A DNA stretch of 62,364 nt, the filler included, from Collodictyon triciliatum (lineage: Eukaryota), in NCBI GenBank assembly GCA_043381765.1. It is 17 parts of 17 records of this genome, joined end to end, with 100 filler letters (N's around TTAATTAATTAA, not from the genome) between each part and the next. Parts side by side here need not be neighbours in the genome. Positions count along the whole stretch, not along the records: positions 1 to 3,478 come from JBHJMP010007275.1; positions 3,579 to 7,059 come from JBHJMP010007276.1; positions 7,160 to 10,635 come from JBHJMP010007277.1; positions 10,736 to 14,206 come from JBHJMP010007278.1; positions 14,307 to 17,775 come from JBHJMP010007279.1; 12 more parts are not named here. One strand, given 5' to 3'. This document shows positions 1-14,439 of the stretch, piece after piece. The position numbers were made by a program, and so were the translations under genes. Below the pieces are notes generated by a model. The model was not told where the DNA came from and ran no database searches. It worked only from the letters and a program-made list of their open reading frames with translations. How positions within the stretch are numbered: position 1 is the first letter of the stretch; each line of letters opens with the position of its first letter.

Positions 1-519
1 TTTTTTGTTGATTCCACTGTGATGCAAGCTCCGATTTGGGTGATAGCTGGGCTAAATCATCACTACAAGAATCGTGTATCCTGTGAGATATAAATCTGGC
101 GGAGGGAGGTATTTTGTGACAATTGACTTATTGTAATGAATATTGATGCAGTAGCAAACCCTTTTTCATTAAGCACACACTTTATACAGCCTTATGAAAA
201 AAAGGAGAATAATGGTTAAATGCGTTAGAGAAAGATGAAAGAACAACACTTAATATTACTAAAAAAAATGTTAATGATATTTACCAACCATCGGTATCTG
301 TGAAAATTTCACGATGCAAATCATAAATATTTAATATTGAAAATATAAGCTGAAGTACCAATACGTATTAGAAAAATCAATATGTTCAAATTTTTCACAA
401 ACACTCATATAATCATGAAAACAGAAATTGATGCCCGTACTTCCACTTGAGGTTTAAATCGTGTAAAATAAAATGTGTAGTTTAATCATTAGAGATAATA
501 GAAAAAAAAGTATAAAAAC

Positions 520-1029
520 CTCTCCTTATTACATTTACTAACTCCAGTATTTATTCATCATATATTTTGCATAGATGACCCTGTAACTTTATCAATATTG
601 TATTTTTTGGATTTTACAACTTTGGAGAGATAAACATATTGAAAGATATGAAACCGTCAACCTCCACATGCAATAGATTTAAGAAATCATAGTCATAAAT
701 AATTAAACGAACCCCTTTCCTGTCATGTATCAGAACATTCAGGATGATAATAATTGCAGAAAATTGGTATATCTCATATGACGGTTCTATTCAATGCTGC
801 CAATATTTTTTTGTATATTCTTTCAATAATAATAACTTTTAGTATGCGATTGGAATGATAAAATATGCAAACAAACTTCAATTAGAGCTGTGAGAAATAT
901 ATGTCGACATAATCGGTTGGTTGTTACAGCTTCACTTGACCCCTGTTCAATTGATGTTGAAGTGTTTTTTATAGGCCTCTGGGACATTAGTCGTGGAGTA
1001 TCAGGGTCAAATATACAGTCATAGCTCAC
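520..1029 (-). pseudogene. Degenerate coding-like sequence, family unknown
   Basis: One minus frame reads YWQH*IEPSYEIYQFSAIIIILNVLIHDRKGVRLIIYDYDFLNLLHVEVDGFISFNMFISPKL*NPKNTILIKLQGHLCKIYDE*ILELVNVIRR. Stops are at 791-793, 614-616 and 551-553, and the frame ends at a GT donor. Confidence 0.3.
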
Positions 1030-3478
1030 TGTGGTTGTCTCATGCTATGATTTTATTCAACTTCATCTTCCCAAGTAAATATGAACGAAATCATTGAGGC
1101 AATATTGTCTATGTTTGCTAACATCGATTAATACCAAGGAGAATTTAATAGATTGAGTTTAGATTTTAGAAAAAAGGGGAGAATAATCCATCAAGCCTGA
1201 CGAATAAATTAGAATCTTTAAAAAAAATGACATATATGAGGAAGAACTCAATCAATGATGCATATTTTATGTAATAGATGAGTGGTTACTCAATATAGTC
1301 CATTACATGATAATTTGTCTGTATTAAACGAAATTGTGTCACCAAACTATTTGTTTGCCAAGTGTATTAAATAAATGAGAATAATTAGTATTAAATAAGA
1401 TAGCTCCAGACATATATTCAAAACATATTCAGAGGATTCAGACAAAAATAAATACAAAGCAATCGCATAATGCAACGTATGAAAAATATAGATTTCTTTT
1501 TTGATTAAACAATTCATAGTCGATCTAAGGACTGATATTACACATAATACTCATCTTTCAATCTTTAAGAACTGAAACATTCCAGCTTCAAAAATAAATG
1601 GAAAAAAAAACGGTATATGATGTTCAATATATGATGAAAGGCTACTTGAAATATAATAATTGAAAGGTGTGAGATACAAAAACATTAGTGAGAAAGAAAA
1701 CATTAAATTGGATAATTACATGAAATTGGTATAGATATGTCTTCAGAACCAAACAGCATAATACAGTCGAACAATAAATCTAACAAAATGCATGCTTAAT
1801 TCTTGAGTATTTTATCACCAAAGAAAATTAGGCTACAAAGTGGATATAATATGCACAATTTAATTATTATTTCAGAGTCTTATTCATACCTTTGCTATCT
1901 TCATATAATTTAAATAATATAATCTCTGGTTTATGGAGCACATATATTAATCCAAAAAAAAATTCCATTAAATTTAACCACTTGCTCGGCTATAATATGG
2001 TCTCATGGGATGCAAACTCTATTTAACTAAAGGGAAACCGCCTCTGAGAATAAAACGCGACTCCAAATCTTTTTTCTGGCATTATACAAGATATAATGAG
2101 TGGTGTGTTAGGGATGCCAAGTGTGGTTCAGAAGCATAGATATAAATAGAGAATAAACCTTGTACAATAATATTTGCTTTTCTCAATTATGTGCATGTAA
2201 GACAAAGCAGCTGGTGTTGAAAGGTACTGAATTTTTCTTCATTTTTTTATTAAAAAAACAAAAGTGGAAAAAATAATTCAATATAAGTTTCCTATTACTT
2301 AGTTAAGAAATATATAAATGTGTAAAACATGTTCACAATGAGGTGTCTGACTTACATTTCTCCTGTATATAAATAAGTGGAGCAGCTCTGCTTCACGCGA
2401 ACTCAGACTCTAAGTTTTCTTTAATATACAAGATGTAAACGAAAAATTGATATATTATTCACAACAGATTCTCACACCCTGGTCCATACCGTTTTTTTGA
2501 AAGAATACAAACTGCCTCCGATAGTTCCTGCGTGTAAAACAGTAACACAAAAAAATTCAAAAGACATTTGAAGAACGGAAAAAAAAGATGTATTAGTTAA
2601 ACCAATATTTTTGTATGAAGTGATTATCAAAGATTCTTTTTGTCTTTTATCTTTATGTATTTTTTTTAATAATATCTTTGAATAACGAGCTTTTTTACAG
2701 GTTCGTCTGCAAAAGCCAATCTTTTCTTGTCAGTTGGAATGCAAATAATATCACTCAGTTATAAGTCGAGTCTCTTAACATCGTATGAAATATCTCATTA
2801 AATTATATGCACTTTCCATGAATGTTTATGATAAATAATTTCACAATCATAACAAATATAATGTGAATGTTCTTTTGAATTCCTAAACCCGCCTATTAAC
2901 CAACTTTCTCTTCCAGTTTAATTTGAGTTTAATAAGTGAAAAAATAAGGGTATTTATGTTTCATTAGAATGAGGGCATATTTTGCTTGGTCACACGAGGT
3001 TCTGTCGGTAGTTCTGGATGACGGCTAATCACTCTGTCTAAACCTCGCAACATTCCTTGAGTTCCATACTGCTATAAAGGTAGAAATCAATTGCTTGAAC
3101 AATATACCAAGGAGATAGAAAAAGAAATTACAAGCTCCATGAATTTGCAATTGAGTCATGCTTTCATTTATTATGATAGTAAATTTGAGGAATCGATTTA
3201 GTGTTTAATATTAAAATAAATATGAATACTTCAGAATAAGAACAAATGAAATGCCTGACATTAGCCTTGCTTTCATTTGCAGGCGATGTGAAGAGCCTAA
3301 TTGAGTGTTTCGTGACTAAAAAGGTGTATGTTATTGAAGTCATCGGTTTCTGCACACATAAATTCATGCTATATTGCTGATAAAAAAAAATAGAAAGAGG
3401 TTGCAATAGACTAGCTGATAATCTCCTAACAAACAGTCATTCTTCAATGTTTCGATTATTGTTTTATTTTTGCTGATA

Positions 3479-3578
3479 NNNNNNNNNNNNNNNNNNNNNN
3501 NNNNNNNNNNNNNNNNNNNNNNTTAATTAATTAANNNNNNNNNNNNNNNNNNNNNNNNNNNNNNNNNNNNNNNNNNNN
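3479..3578. other. Artificial contig spacer N-TTAATTAATTAA-N (six-frame stop linker); first of 16 in the window
   Basis: Identical 12-mer between N runs recurs near 7104, 10680, 14251, 17820, 21388, 24956, 28522, 32094, 35659, 41030, 44594, 48158, 51721, 55284 and 58848. Confidence 0.98.
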
Positions 3579-3771
3579 TTTTGTTTTTGTTTTTGTTTTT
3601 GTTTTTGTTTTTGTTTTTGTTTTTGTTTTTGTTTTTGTTTTTGTTTTTTTGTTATTTTGTTTTTTGTTTTTGTTTTTGTTTTTGTTTTTGTTTTTTGTAT
3701 TTTGTTTTTGTTTTTGTTTTTGTTTTTGTTTTTGTTTTTGTTTTGTTTATTCGGCAAGGTGGTTTGTTTGA

Positions 3772-5697
3772 TTACAAGGTTTCGATGTCGCGCATATTGT
3801 AGTGGTGTGTGTGCGACAGGAATGGAGACAGAAAGACCTTCGCAACGAGCCCGACAAGCAGCATAGCAGCAAAGGTAACCCACGGCAAGTCTTTGGCCTT
3901 CGATGTCTCCCGTTCGGGCATCCTTGAGCCGAATGAGTCGGTCACCTGAAACTCAGCCTCTATCAGCTTGTCGGAGTCGATGTAGTTTTGTCTTATGCGG
4001 CGGATGAACTCCAGCGCCACAGAGCTCGACTGGGTGTGGGAAGCCAACACTTGCTCGGGCGTGAACGGAGTGTCTTCAGAAGCAATCGACTCGCTTTGGG
4101 AAGCAGACAGCGATGGTGATGATGGTGATGATGGTGATGGTGATGGTGATGGTGATGGTGATGGTGATGGTGATGGTGATGGTGATAGTGATAGTGATAG
4201 TGATGGTGATGGTGATGATGGTGATGGGAGGTTCTGTGTCTTTGTTTCATCTCTTAAAGACTGGCTGCTTGAGCGAGAGGGACTATCATACCGTGTATTA
4301 GTGACTGTGCTTCCTGCATGAGAATAAGCCAGATGAGATTTAATAGAGGATCGAGAAAGACGAAGAAAGAAAACCCATTCGACAGTTGGTAGGCTTGTTA
4401 AGAGAGGACAAGTTCAAGTGAATTGGTATAAAGTATGTTTGCCCTGATATTAAGGGCTAACATCCCAGCTTTCGTTTCCGTTACCTGTCTTTGGAACTGA
4501 GAATATAATGTTCTGTAAGTTCATGGTCAGCGGTTGATAAAAGTTTGCCAGCCCAGAGACATACGCGTGCTTTTGGCTCAAAGATACAAGAACTTCGTCT
4601 CCGTTCATCGTGTTGACTTTTGGAGTGACTACGCTCCTAATCACCCAGTTACTTCCGACTCTAGAATAATAGATTGCCCCTATCCTCTGGGCAGAGTTTT
4701 TAGAGTCCGTGAATACAGCACCCACGAGGATGTTATCACCTGCTATAGATACCCGTGAAGAAAACTTTCTAATCCCCAGAGCGCTCGGAACATTGAGCTG
4801 CGATACAAGGTCTCCTTTTCTGTTCACCAGGTCATAAACATAGATAGAGCCAGAACCTCCATTGCTGTTTGATACCTTCCCAAATGCTGAGACAACGACA
4901 AAGGATGAGGACATGGAAATCCAAGACCCAAAGTAGTCTCCGAGTTTTCCGTCCGGAGCCGTCACGATTCGAAGAAGGATAAATGACCCTGGAGTGTTTG
5001 GATAAACGTATACAGCTCCTTTGCCTCGACCATTGGAACCCCCATGGCCGATGGAACCCACCAGGATGTATTCCTCCGACGCCGCAACTGCGTAGCCGAA
5101 AAACCCGAAAGCCTGTCTGCCGGGAGGGATGATTTTTGCTGGGTTTGCGAGTCCGGCGTTGTTTCCTCTTCCATAAATATAAACCGCACCGACAGCTTTA
5201 GAGTTTGTCAGACTCTTCTGCGGAGCTCCGATGGCGATGAGGTTTGCTGTTATGAATACGGAATACCCAAACTTGTCCGAGTTAGAAGCGTCAGGAGCGA
5301 TTAGCCTTCGAATAAGAAGCCATCGGGTGCCTCGTTGTGTGTATACAAAAACCATACCAGCACTGATTCCGGCACTAGAGCGCTTGTTGGGGGCTCCAAT
5401 CACAACAGTCCCGTTAAAGGCGTGGATGGACGAGCCGAAGCGGTCGTTTGTACTCACATCTGGTGCTTGCATGGCCCAGTCAATGCCCCATACTCCGTTT
5501 TCCCTGGAAAACACACCGACAACACCTTGATTGTTGAACGGCTGCTGAGGAAAGCCCATGAAGAGAAGTTCTCCAGATAGATGCACGCTTCCAGGGAAAT
5601 CAGAAAAGGGCATGTTACTTGAGTTTGAAAGGCACTCTGTCATCACTAAACTTACGACCACTAGAAATGTCAGCGCCAACTCCGAGTGTTGAGCCAT
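3772..5697 (-). CDS. FG-GAP repeat (integrin-alpha-like) beta-propeller type I membrane protein, 2 exons (5697-4485, 4313-3772)
   Basis: Signal-peptide-like N-terminus and repeated FGxS...GAP...GxVYxY motifs. A phase-1 GT-AG intron (4484-4314) joins it in frame to a Ser/Pro stalk, a hydrophobic helix (WVTFAAMLLVGLVA) and a short tail. Confidence 0.85.
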
Positions 5698-7194
5698 GTT
5701 TCTCGGATGTGCCGCAATCACTTTGGATTAGCCCTGTGAGCAAAGAGCATGAAAAAAAGTGTATGTTTTTTTTTTTTTTTTAGTAAATCTCTGTGATTAA
5801 GTTAATCAACTTGCTGTTTCCTCTCCCCAGGAATATATCTAACAAATGAGTCGAGGATAGCATGCACACTCTTGCATTCTGCGCAACCAAACTGTGTAGC
5901 ATGAAGCCATCCAATCACGAATATATCAAATCGGGCCATCAGAGCGGGCGAAGCTTAACCAAAAATGAAAAAAACATCAATTTCTCAATCATTGTCGAAA
6001 TCAGTGGTTCACTACGACTTGATGAATTCCAAGGCTTATTAAAATCGTGGTGGCACTCAGATTGGGAATGTCTGTCGTTCGTGCCTCAGATTCCAATTCA
6101 TTTCTGTACATGAACCAACTGCGTCCCACCAAATGCTTGTGATACTTCCGCACTTTGTTAACATATCTCAACTGGATGGTGGGAGACACTATCCTTTCAC
6201 TGCCATTTAGAAATAACGAGGGAAACAGTCGCAATAATGCTATCTATGTTGCGAGGCAGAGTCAAGAGCCCTGTATCGCCCATCCAAGGACAAAAAGAGA
6301 AGATAAAAGGATATATATGTGTGGCCCATAATATAGAACAGGAGAGATAATCACAGCATCTTCCAGCAAGATATCCCCAAAATCACATGCAAACTCTGTG
6401 CGGCATATGGAACACATTTGAGGAGAGCCCAGTCCCCCAAAGTGAAAGGGAATGTGGTGGTAGTATGAAAGTTCTGAGAATAATTTATAAAGCTCTCAGG
6501 GACACAAGCGAAAAGGATAAAAAAAAAATAAATGATGGCTTGCAAGAGGTCAGAGAAGTAAGCATGCAATAGTTTTCAACTTTTGAGCTTGAATCATGCC
6601 GGTCAATACTCGGGTGGGTGTGGCTGAGCTCTCTGGGTCTTATCATAGTCCAAAAGTCTCATGGATGGATACGCCAGCTCGATGGAGTCATTTAAAGACG
6701 AAACGATAGGTTCATCACAAGCTAGGCTGTTGAATTGGGCTTCAACAGGAAGGACAAATGGTTGGCTATTTGCCGAGGGAGAGACATTTGTTGAATCTGT
6801 CAGGGCATTGCGATTGTCAGGCACTATTGAATGTTGACGGTGGGTGATTAAACTAATCATGATTAAGAAAATTATTATTCCGATTTTGTCGTTCTTATTT
6901 AAAAACAAAACAAAACAAAACAAAACAAAACAAAACAAAACAAAACAAAACAAAACAAAAACAAAACAAACCAAACCAAAACAAAACAAAACGAAACAAA
7001 ACAAAACAAAACAAAACAAAACAAAACAGAAAAAACAAAAAAAAAAAAAAAAAAAAAAANNNNNNNNNNNNNNNNNNNNNNNNNNNNNNNNNNNNNNNNN
7101 NNNTTAATTAATTAANNNNNNNNNNNNNNNNNNNNNNNNNNNNNNNNNNNNNNNNNNNNTATACTTAAACTGAATAAAATAAATAAATGACCAG

Positions 7195-10100
7195 AGTGTC
7201 ACAGAAGCTGGTCGCCTTTTACTTTCTTTCCTCAAGGATATTGGCTCCAATGAGCTCCACCTTCTCTGCGTAAAAAAGAGATTATCAACTCGCATTGAAC
7301 AAGGTTGCCATATATCTTCACATGATTATCTTACCAATAACCTCATTGTGAAATCGTCAACTGCAAAACGCTAAGGATGAATATTTTTTTTTGTGCAAAT
7401 TCCTTATTTTTTCTGTATCTCTCCTGCAGAGTCGTTGGCAGACTATTTTTCTCACTTTGCATGGGCTCTTGGAACTGAAAAACGGTAGCCGTATCTTAAT
7501 GCATTAAACAGAGCTTTTTTTTTATGTATTTTAAATCTTGGCGCTTTCCATCCGCCTTTTGACAAAAATAACATAACTTAGCCTCTCAACCGGAATGGTC
7601 TACTACCGAAAGTGTATCGACATGTTGAAAAGACAAAACACAAATAACTCTAAGGTGGCGATGGTTTATGTGGAATGGGGAGATGTGTATGTGCACAACG
7701 GAAAGTATGCTACATTTTCATCTCTGTCAAATGACCGATAATACTTGCATTACTACTGGACAGTTTAAAATATAAACAGAGAAACGGATTTTCAAAATGC
7801 AGTAAATAAAATCATAAATTCGCAGCGCATGTTCATGCATTCACAGTAGCAAATATTATTTAATCACCTATTTGTATCAAGGTACATCGAGGCATCAAAT
7901 GCATACAAGGAAGGATTGGATATACTTGTTACATCACCAAACAAAAATCATGTTGAAATTGCTGCCATCTATGACAAGTATGGAGACCTTTATGCTATCT
8001 GTAACGAGTAAGTTTGTGATTGTTGAGAATCTATTTTACTGGACATTTCACATCAAACATAACCACACATTAGAATAATAATTGACAAACATGACATAGT
8101 TGATGAAACCTGTATGCTTTATTCATCTATTTCAACCATTTGTTAAAATTTACGAAAGGTTATGTTCTCTCAATACCAAAATGCAGGTGGGACAACGCTT
8201 TCAAATGTTATCATGAGGCCTTTGAGGTGAGGTACAGGTTTCTTGGTACTTGGCATTTTGACGTTGCTCAATCTCTCTTTAGTATGGCTTTGATGCTCAA
8301 GAAGCTCTCTCGGTATTATTTTTTCTAGAGTTTAAAAGAATGTCATATCAAAATATCTTTTCAAATAATATTGTCAACAACAACATTTATAATGCCATTT
8401 TGTTCTGTACACTTGTTTGACCTCTGACTCCAAAATTGGGCCGATCCATTGATTGATTCATTTTTTTTTTTTGATTTCGAAAAACTGTCGTAACTGTTTT
8501 AACGACAACTCCATTTTCTCCACAAAAATCAACAATTCTAGGTACACAGAGTCAATCAAGAATCTTCAAAATTGCTGCATTGTAAGATGCAAATTCTTGG
8601 GCGAGGACAACCTCAGCGTTGCCTCGATATACTTCGAAATGGGGTCGATTTATGAACTAGCACGCATGTAAATATTCTATTTTCAATTCTCATAGGTAGC
8701 GAGTTATCAGCATCGACTCTGATAATCGAATGAGTTGGTGTGACTTATAATTCACTGGAAATACTTTTTACAGGAACGTACAATCGATTGAGGCATATTC
8801 TAAATGTATCCGAATCAGAGCAAGACTTTTGGGTCCGAACCACGGCGATGTGCTGTCCTTAATTCTTAAAGTTGATTCCCTTTTGGCCTTGGAAAAAAGG
8901 TTATTCTTGTATCGAATTTCCAAGTCCTTATACTTGGCACTGAAACTATTTGTATCAGGCCGATGATCAATTGGAGTATCGAGCTTGGTGCAAAACTATT
9001 ACTAAGAAGCACAATCCCTGTTATTGAGGATGAAGAGCATGTCCAAATTCCTACTGGCATGAAATCTTCTGAAATCATGATTTTGCTCAATGAGGCGGCT
9101 CGGTTGAAGAGACAGAAAAAGTAGTCAAATTATATCAAGTTTAATTTCTTATGCATTCTCATTTCTTATTCTTGTTTGCTTTTTATGCGCTTATATTTTC
9201 CTTTTCGTTCATCTTTTTCGTCTGTTTTTTTTTTTTTTTTTTTTTTTTTTTGCACTGTTGCAATAGGAACCAGGAAGCACTTGAGAAATACGATATTGCA
9301 CTTAATGCATATGTAAGCGACGAGGAGAACAAGCCAAATTTTATCGAGGCTTTTTTAAATATGGGAGATATTCACTACTATGAAGGAAGGTTAGATGCAT
9401 AAGTCTTCTTCCTTATTCCCTCTTTTCTCTCCTTTTCTTTTTTACCATGAAGATATCGCTGTGATAGTGAATGAGTCCATCTACGGTTCAAATATCGACA
9501 TAATTTTATGACAGATATATAGATGCCCTTGTATTTTATGAGAAGTCATTGAAGTTGCTACTGGAAAGTGGAAAAGAAGAAGACCAGATTGATCTTGCAA
9601 TCTGCTATGAATCAATCGCCGTAACTAAGGAGCAACTATGCGAGTAAGCTTGGATTTCTTGTAATAACCAAAATACGCCTCCCTCTTCAGAAACTTTACA
9701 CAAAAAGGGTTTCCACATCTTTCTTAATTTTCATTAATTCATTTTCACACATTTTGTTATCACAAAGCTTGCAAAGTATTTTTCAATTTAAATTTTTGTA
9801 TTTCTTCCACATTTCTGGTGTGGGCAACATCATTCAGCCATGAAGATTACTAATCAAAGTGGTTCTTATTTTAAAGGTATCAAGAGGCTTGCGAATACTA
9901 CGTCCTGGCAATCAAATTGAGAACTGCATTACACGGAAATATCACTGAGCTTGTTGCAAATAATCATTTTTCTTTAGGCAACGTCTTAAAGAAAATGGAG
10001 AGGTGTGCGATTATATACACTTGAATTTCTTTATATTTTCTATAAATATATTTGACTTTGTAGATGTAATTTTATTTTTTCTATCGCGTGATTCCTAGAT

Positions 10101-10476
10101 ATCCAGAGTCGATCGAACAATTCACTTGTGTGTTACAAATACATATTGACTTATTTGGACATGTGCACCAAAGCCTTGCGAGAATATACTTTGAGCTTGG
10201 CTCCATTCACCAGAATATGGAAATGTATGTCGGCCTGCCCAATTTCATTTAGATGCATAGTGTTGTCTGATATGAAACAGTTATTTGTGGAAAAAAGAAA
10301 TCCGTGTTGTTTAAAATACTGTTATAAAAAAATTACCATTATTGCATCAGATTCAAAGAGGCAGTATTATATTATCGGAAGTCACTCCACATCTATATCG
10401 CCCATGAAGGAGACGAGAGTGAAATTGTCGACGAAATGTACTACCTCTTGATTGACCTGAATATCAAACTAGGAAG
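7195..10476 (+). CDS. TPR-repeat protein (42-aa kinesin-light-chain/NPHP3-like repeats), partial, at least 13 exons
   Basis: Spliced exons read in frame, e.g. YIEASNAYKEGL..., WDNAFKCYHEAFEVRYRFLGTWHFDVAQSLFSMA, YTESIKNLQNCCIVRCKFLGEDNLSVASIYFEMG, YQEACEYYVLAIKLRTALHG; all introns GT-AG. Confidence 0.9.
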
Positions 10477-10580
10477 GTATGATTAGTCGGCTGTCTTAAA
10501 AATAAAAATTGTTTTAGCATGTACTTAGCTTTTTTCAAGATGGCCAAGGATGTCCGGCCATCTTTTCGTCCTGGATTATT

Positions 10581-10635
<55 letters not shown>

Positions 10636-10857
10636 NNNNNNNNNNNNNNNNNNNNNNNNNNNNNNNNNNNNNNNNNNNNTTAATTAATTAANNNNNNNNN
10701 NNNNNNNNNNNNNNNNNNNNNNNNNNNNNNNNNNNCAAAATAAAAAACAAAATAAAAAACAAAATAAAAAACAAAATAAAAAACAAAATAAAAAACAAAA
10801 TAAAAAAAAAAATAAAAAACAAAATAAAAAACAGTAGTGGTTAATCCAGTAAAGTAC

Positions 10858-13050
<2,193 letters not shown>

Positions 13051-14439
13051 CCTGGGGCTGCATCATCTTAGTCAGAAAAACCCGAGACCTTCAGAAACGC
13101 TTCATGTTGGGCGGGCTTGAGCCGAAAACGCGGAGGGTTGCCTTCAGAATCTTTTTTTTCTCATAAACTCAAGCGCGAAAGAGATCGTATACACACGTTG
13201 GGGACCGCAACCAAACGAGACTCCCTTGTTGCCTTTTTTTTTTTAAACACGGTAATATGTATTCCGCATATATGTGTAAAACAATGTTTGAGTGGGTCGT
13301 ATCGCATGGGCCTCAAAAGAGTTGCGTTCTTTGTGCACCCACCCATAACCCAGACTGCTCTATCTATCTATCTATCTATTTATTTATTCAGAAAGGAGTG
13401 TAAGCACTGAGCCACACTTACAAATACCTAGAAGATTTACGATAACATTTTTTTCCTTTATTCGATTCAAAGTGTAGCGAGGTTATGCCATACAAAGGGG
13501 CGGGATGGGAGCGCATGGGAGAGGGCAAACGCGAGTAGAAGACACTACCGTGGAGAGGGTAGCACAAGATGTACGATAATATGATTTTGAATTACTCTAT
13601 ACATAAAAAATAATCTATTTGATGGAATAAAGGGAAAAATGTATGAAAAATACTTCAGTATCATGATACCAGGGTAGTATATGAATAAGATTGATAAAGA
13701 CTTCTTCAATATGTTAGATGTTACTATTATATGCGGTGGTTGAAAAGTACGAAATGCAGCCACGCCAACCCCAAAAGCTATAGAAGTAATGCACTGCTGA
13801 TGGTTCGAATCCTCTTCCGGAAATCGCAGCCTTGAACTTTCTCTTCATAGACACCAACGGATGTCTATGCGAAGGTGTTTTCTAATGGCCCCTAAAATCC
13901 TTGTCAGAAGGGCATCTTGTAGCGCCTGGCACTCTCCCTCGAAAGCTTGTGTTGTGTGATGCCCTATTCGACGGACTCCTATATTTTCAAACAGCTGAAA
14001 TTTCACACCCCGCGCAACAAAGCAAAACTTTTGACATTCCTTGGGAGAAGCAGCCGCAAAATTCGCTCGTTCATTTTTTCTGCAAGTCACACGATCAAAA
14101 AAAATAAAATAGAAAAGGATAAAATAGAAAAGAATAAAATAGAAAAGAATAAAATAGAAAAGAATAAAATAGAAAAGAATAAAATAGAAAAGAATAAAAT
14201 AGAAAANNNNNNNNNNNNNNNNNNNNNNNNNNNNNNNNNNNNNNNNNNNNTTAATTAATTAANNNNNNNNNNNNNNNNNNNNNNNNNNNNNNNNNNNNNN
14301 NNNNNNAGAAAAAGAAAAAGAAAAAGAAAAAGAAAAAAGAAAAAAGAAAAAAGAAAAAAGAAAAAAGAAAAAAGAAAAAGAAAAAAAGAGGCAAAATAGC
14401 CGCTTAATGTATCTAAATTTATTTTCTTTCGCTTTCAAG

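Noticed and set aside
3523-3534. Regularly spaced TTAATTAATTAA as a CRISPR-like or biological repeat
   Set aside because: Always embedded in fixed-length N runs; it is a six-frame stop linker.
3993-4321. Poly-His, (GD)n or (MV)n proteins in the ORF track
   Set aside because: Alternative frames of the microsatellite that encodes the Ser-Pro stalk of the FG-GAP gene.
13802-13812. tRNA gene suggested by GGTTCGAATCC
   Set aside because: The flanks do not form a T-stem or acceptor stem, and no A box or cloverleaf is evident.
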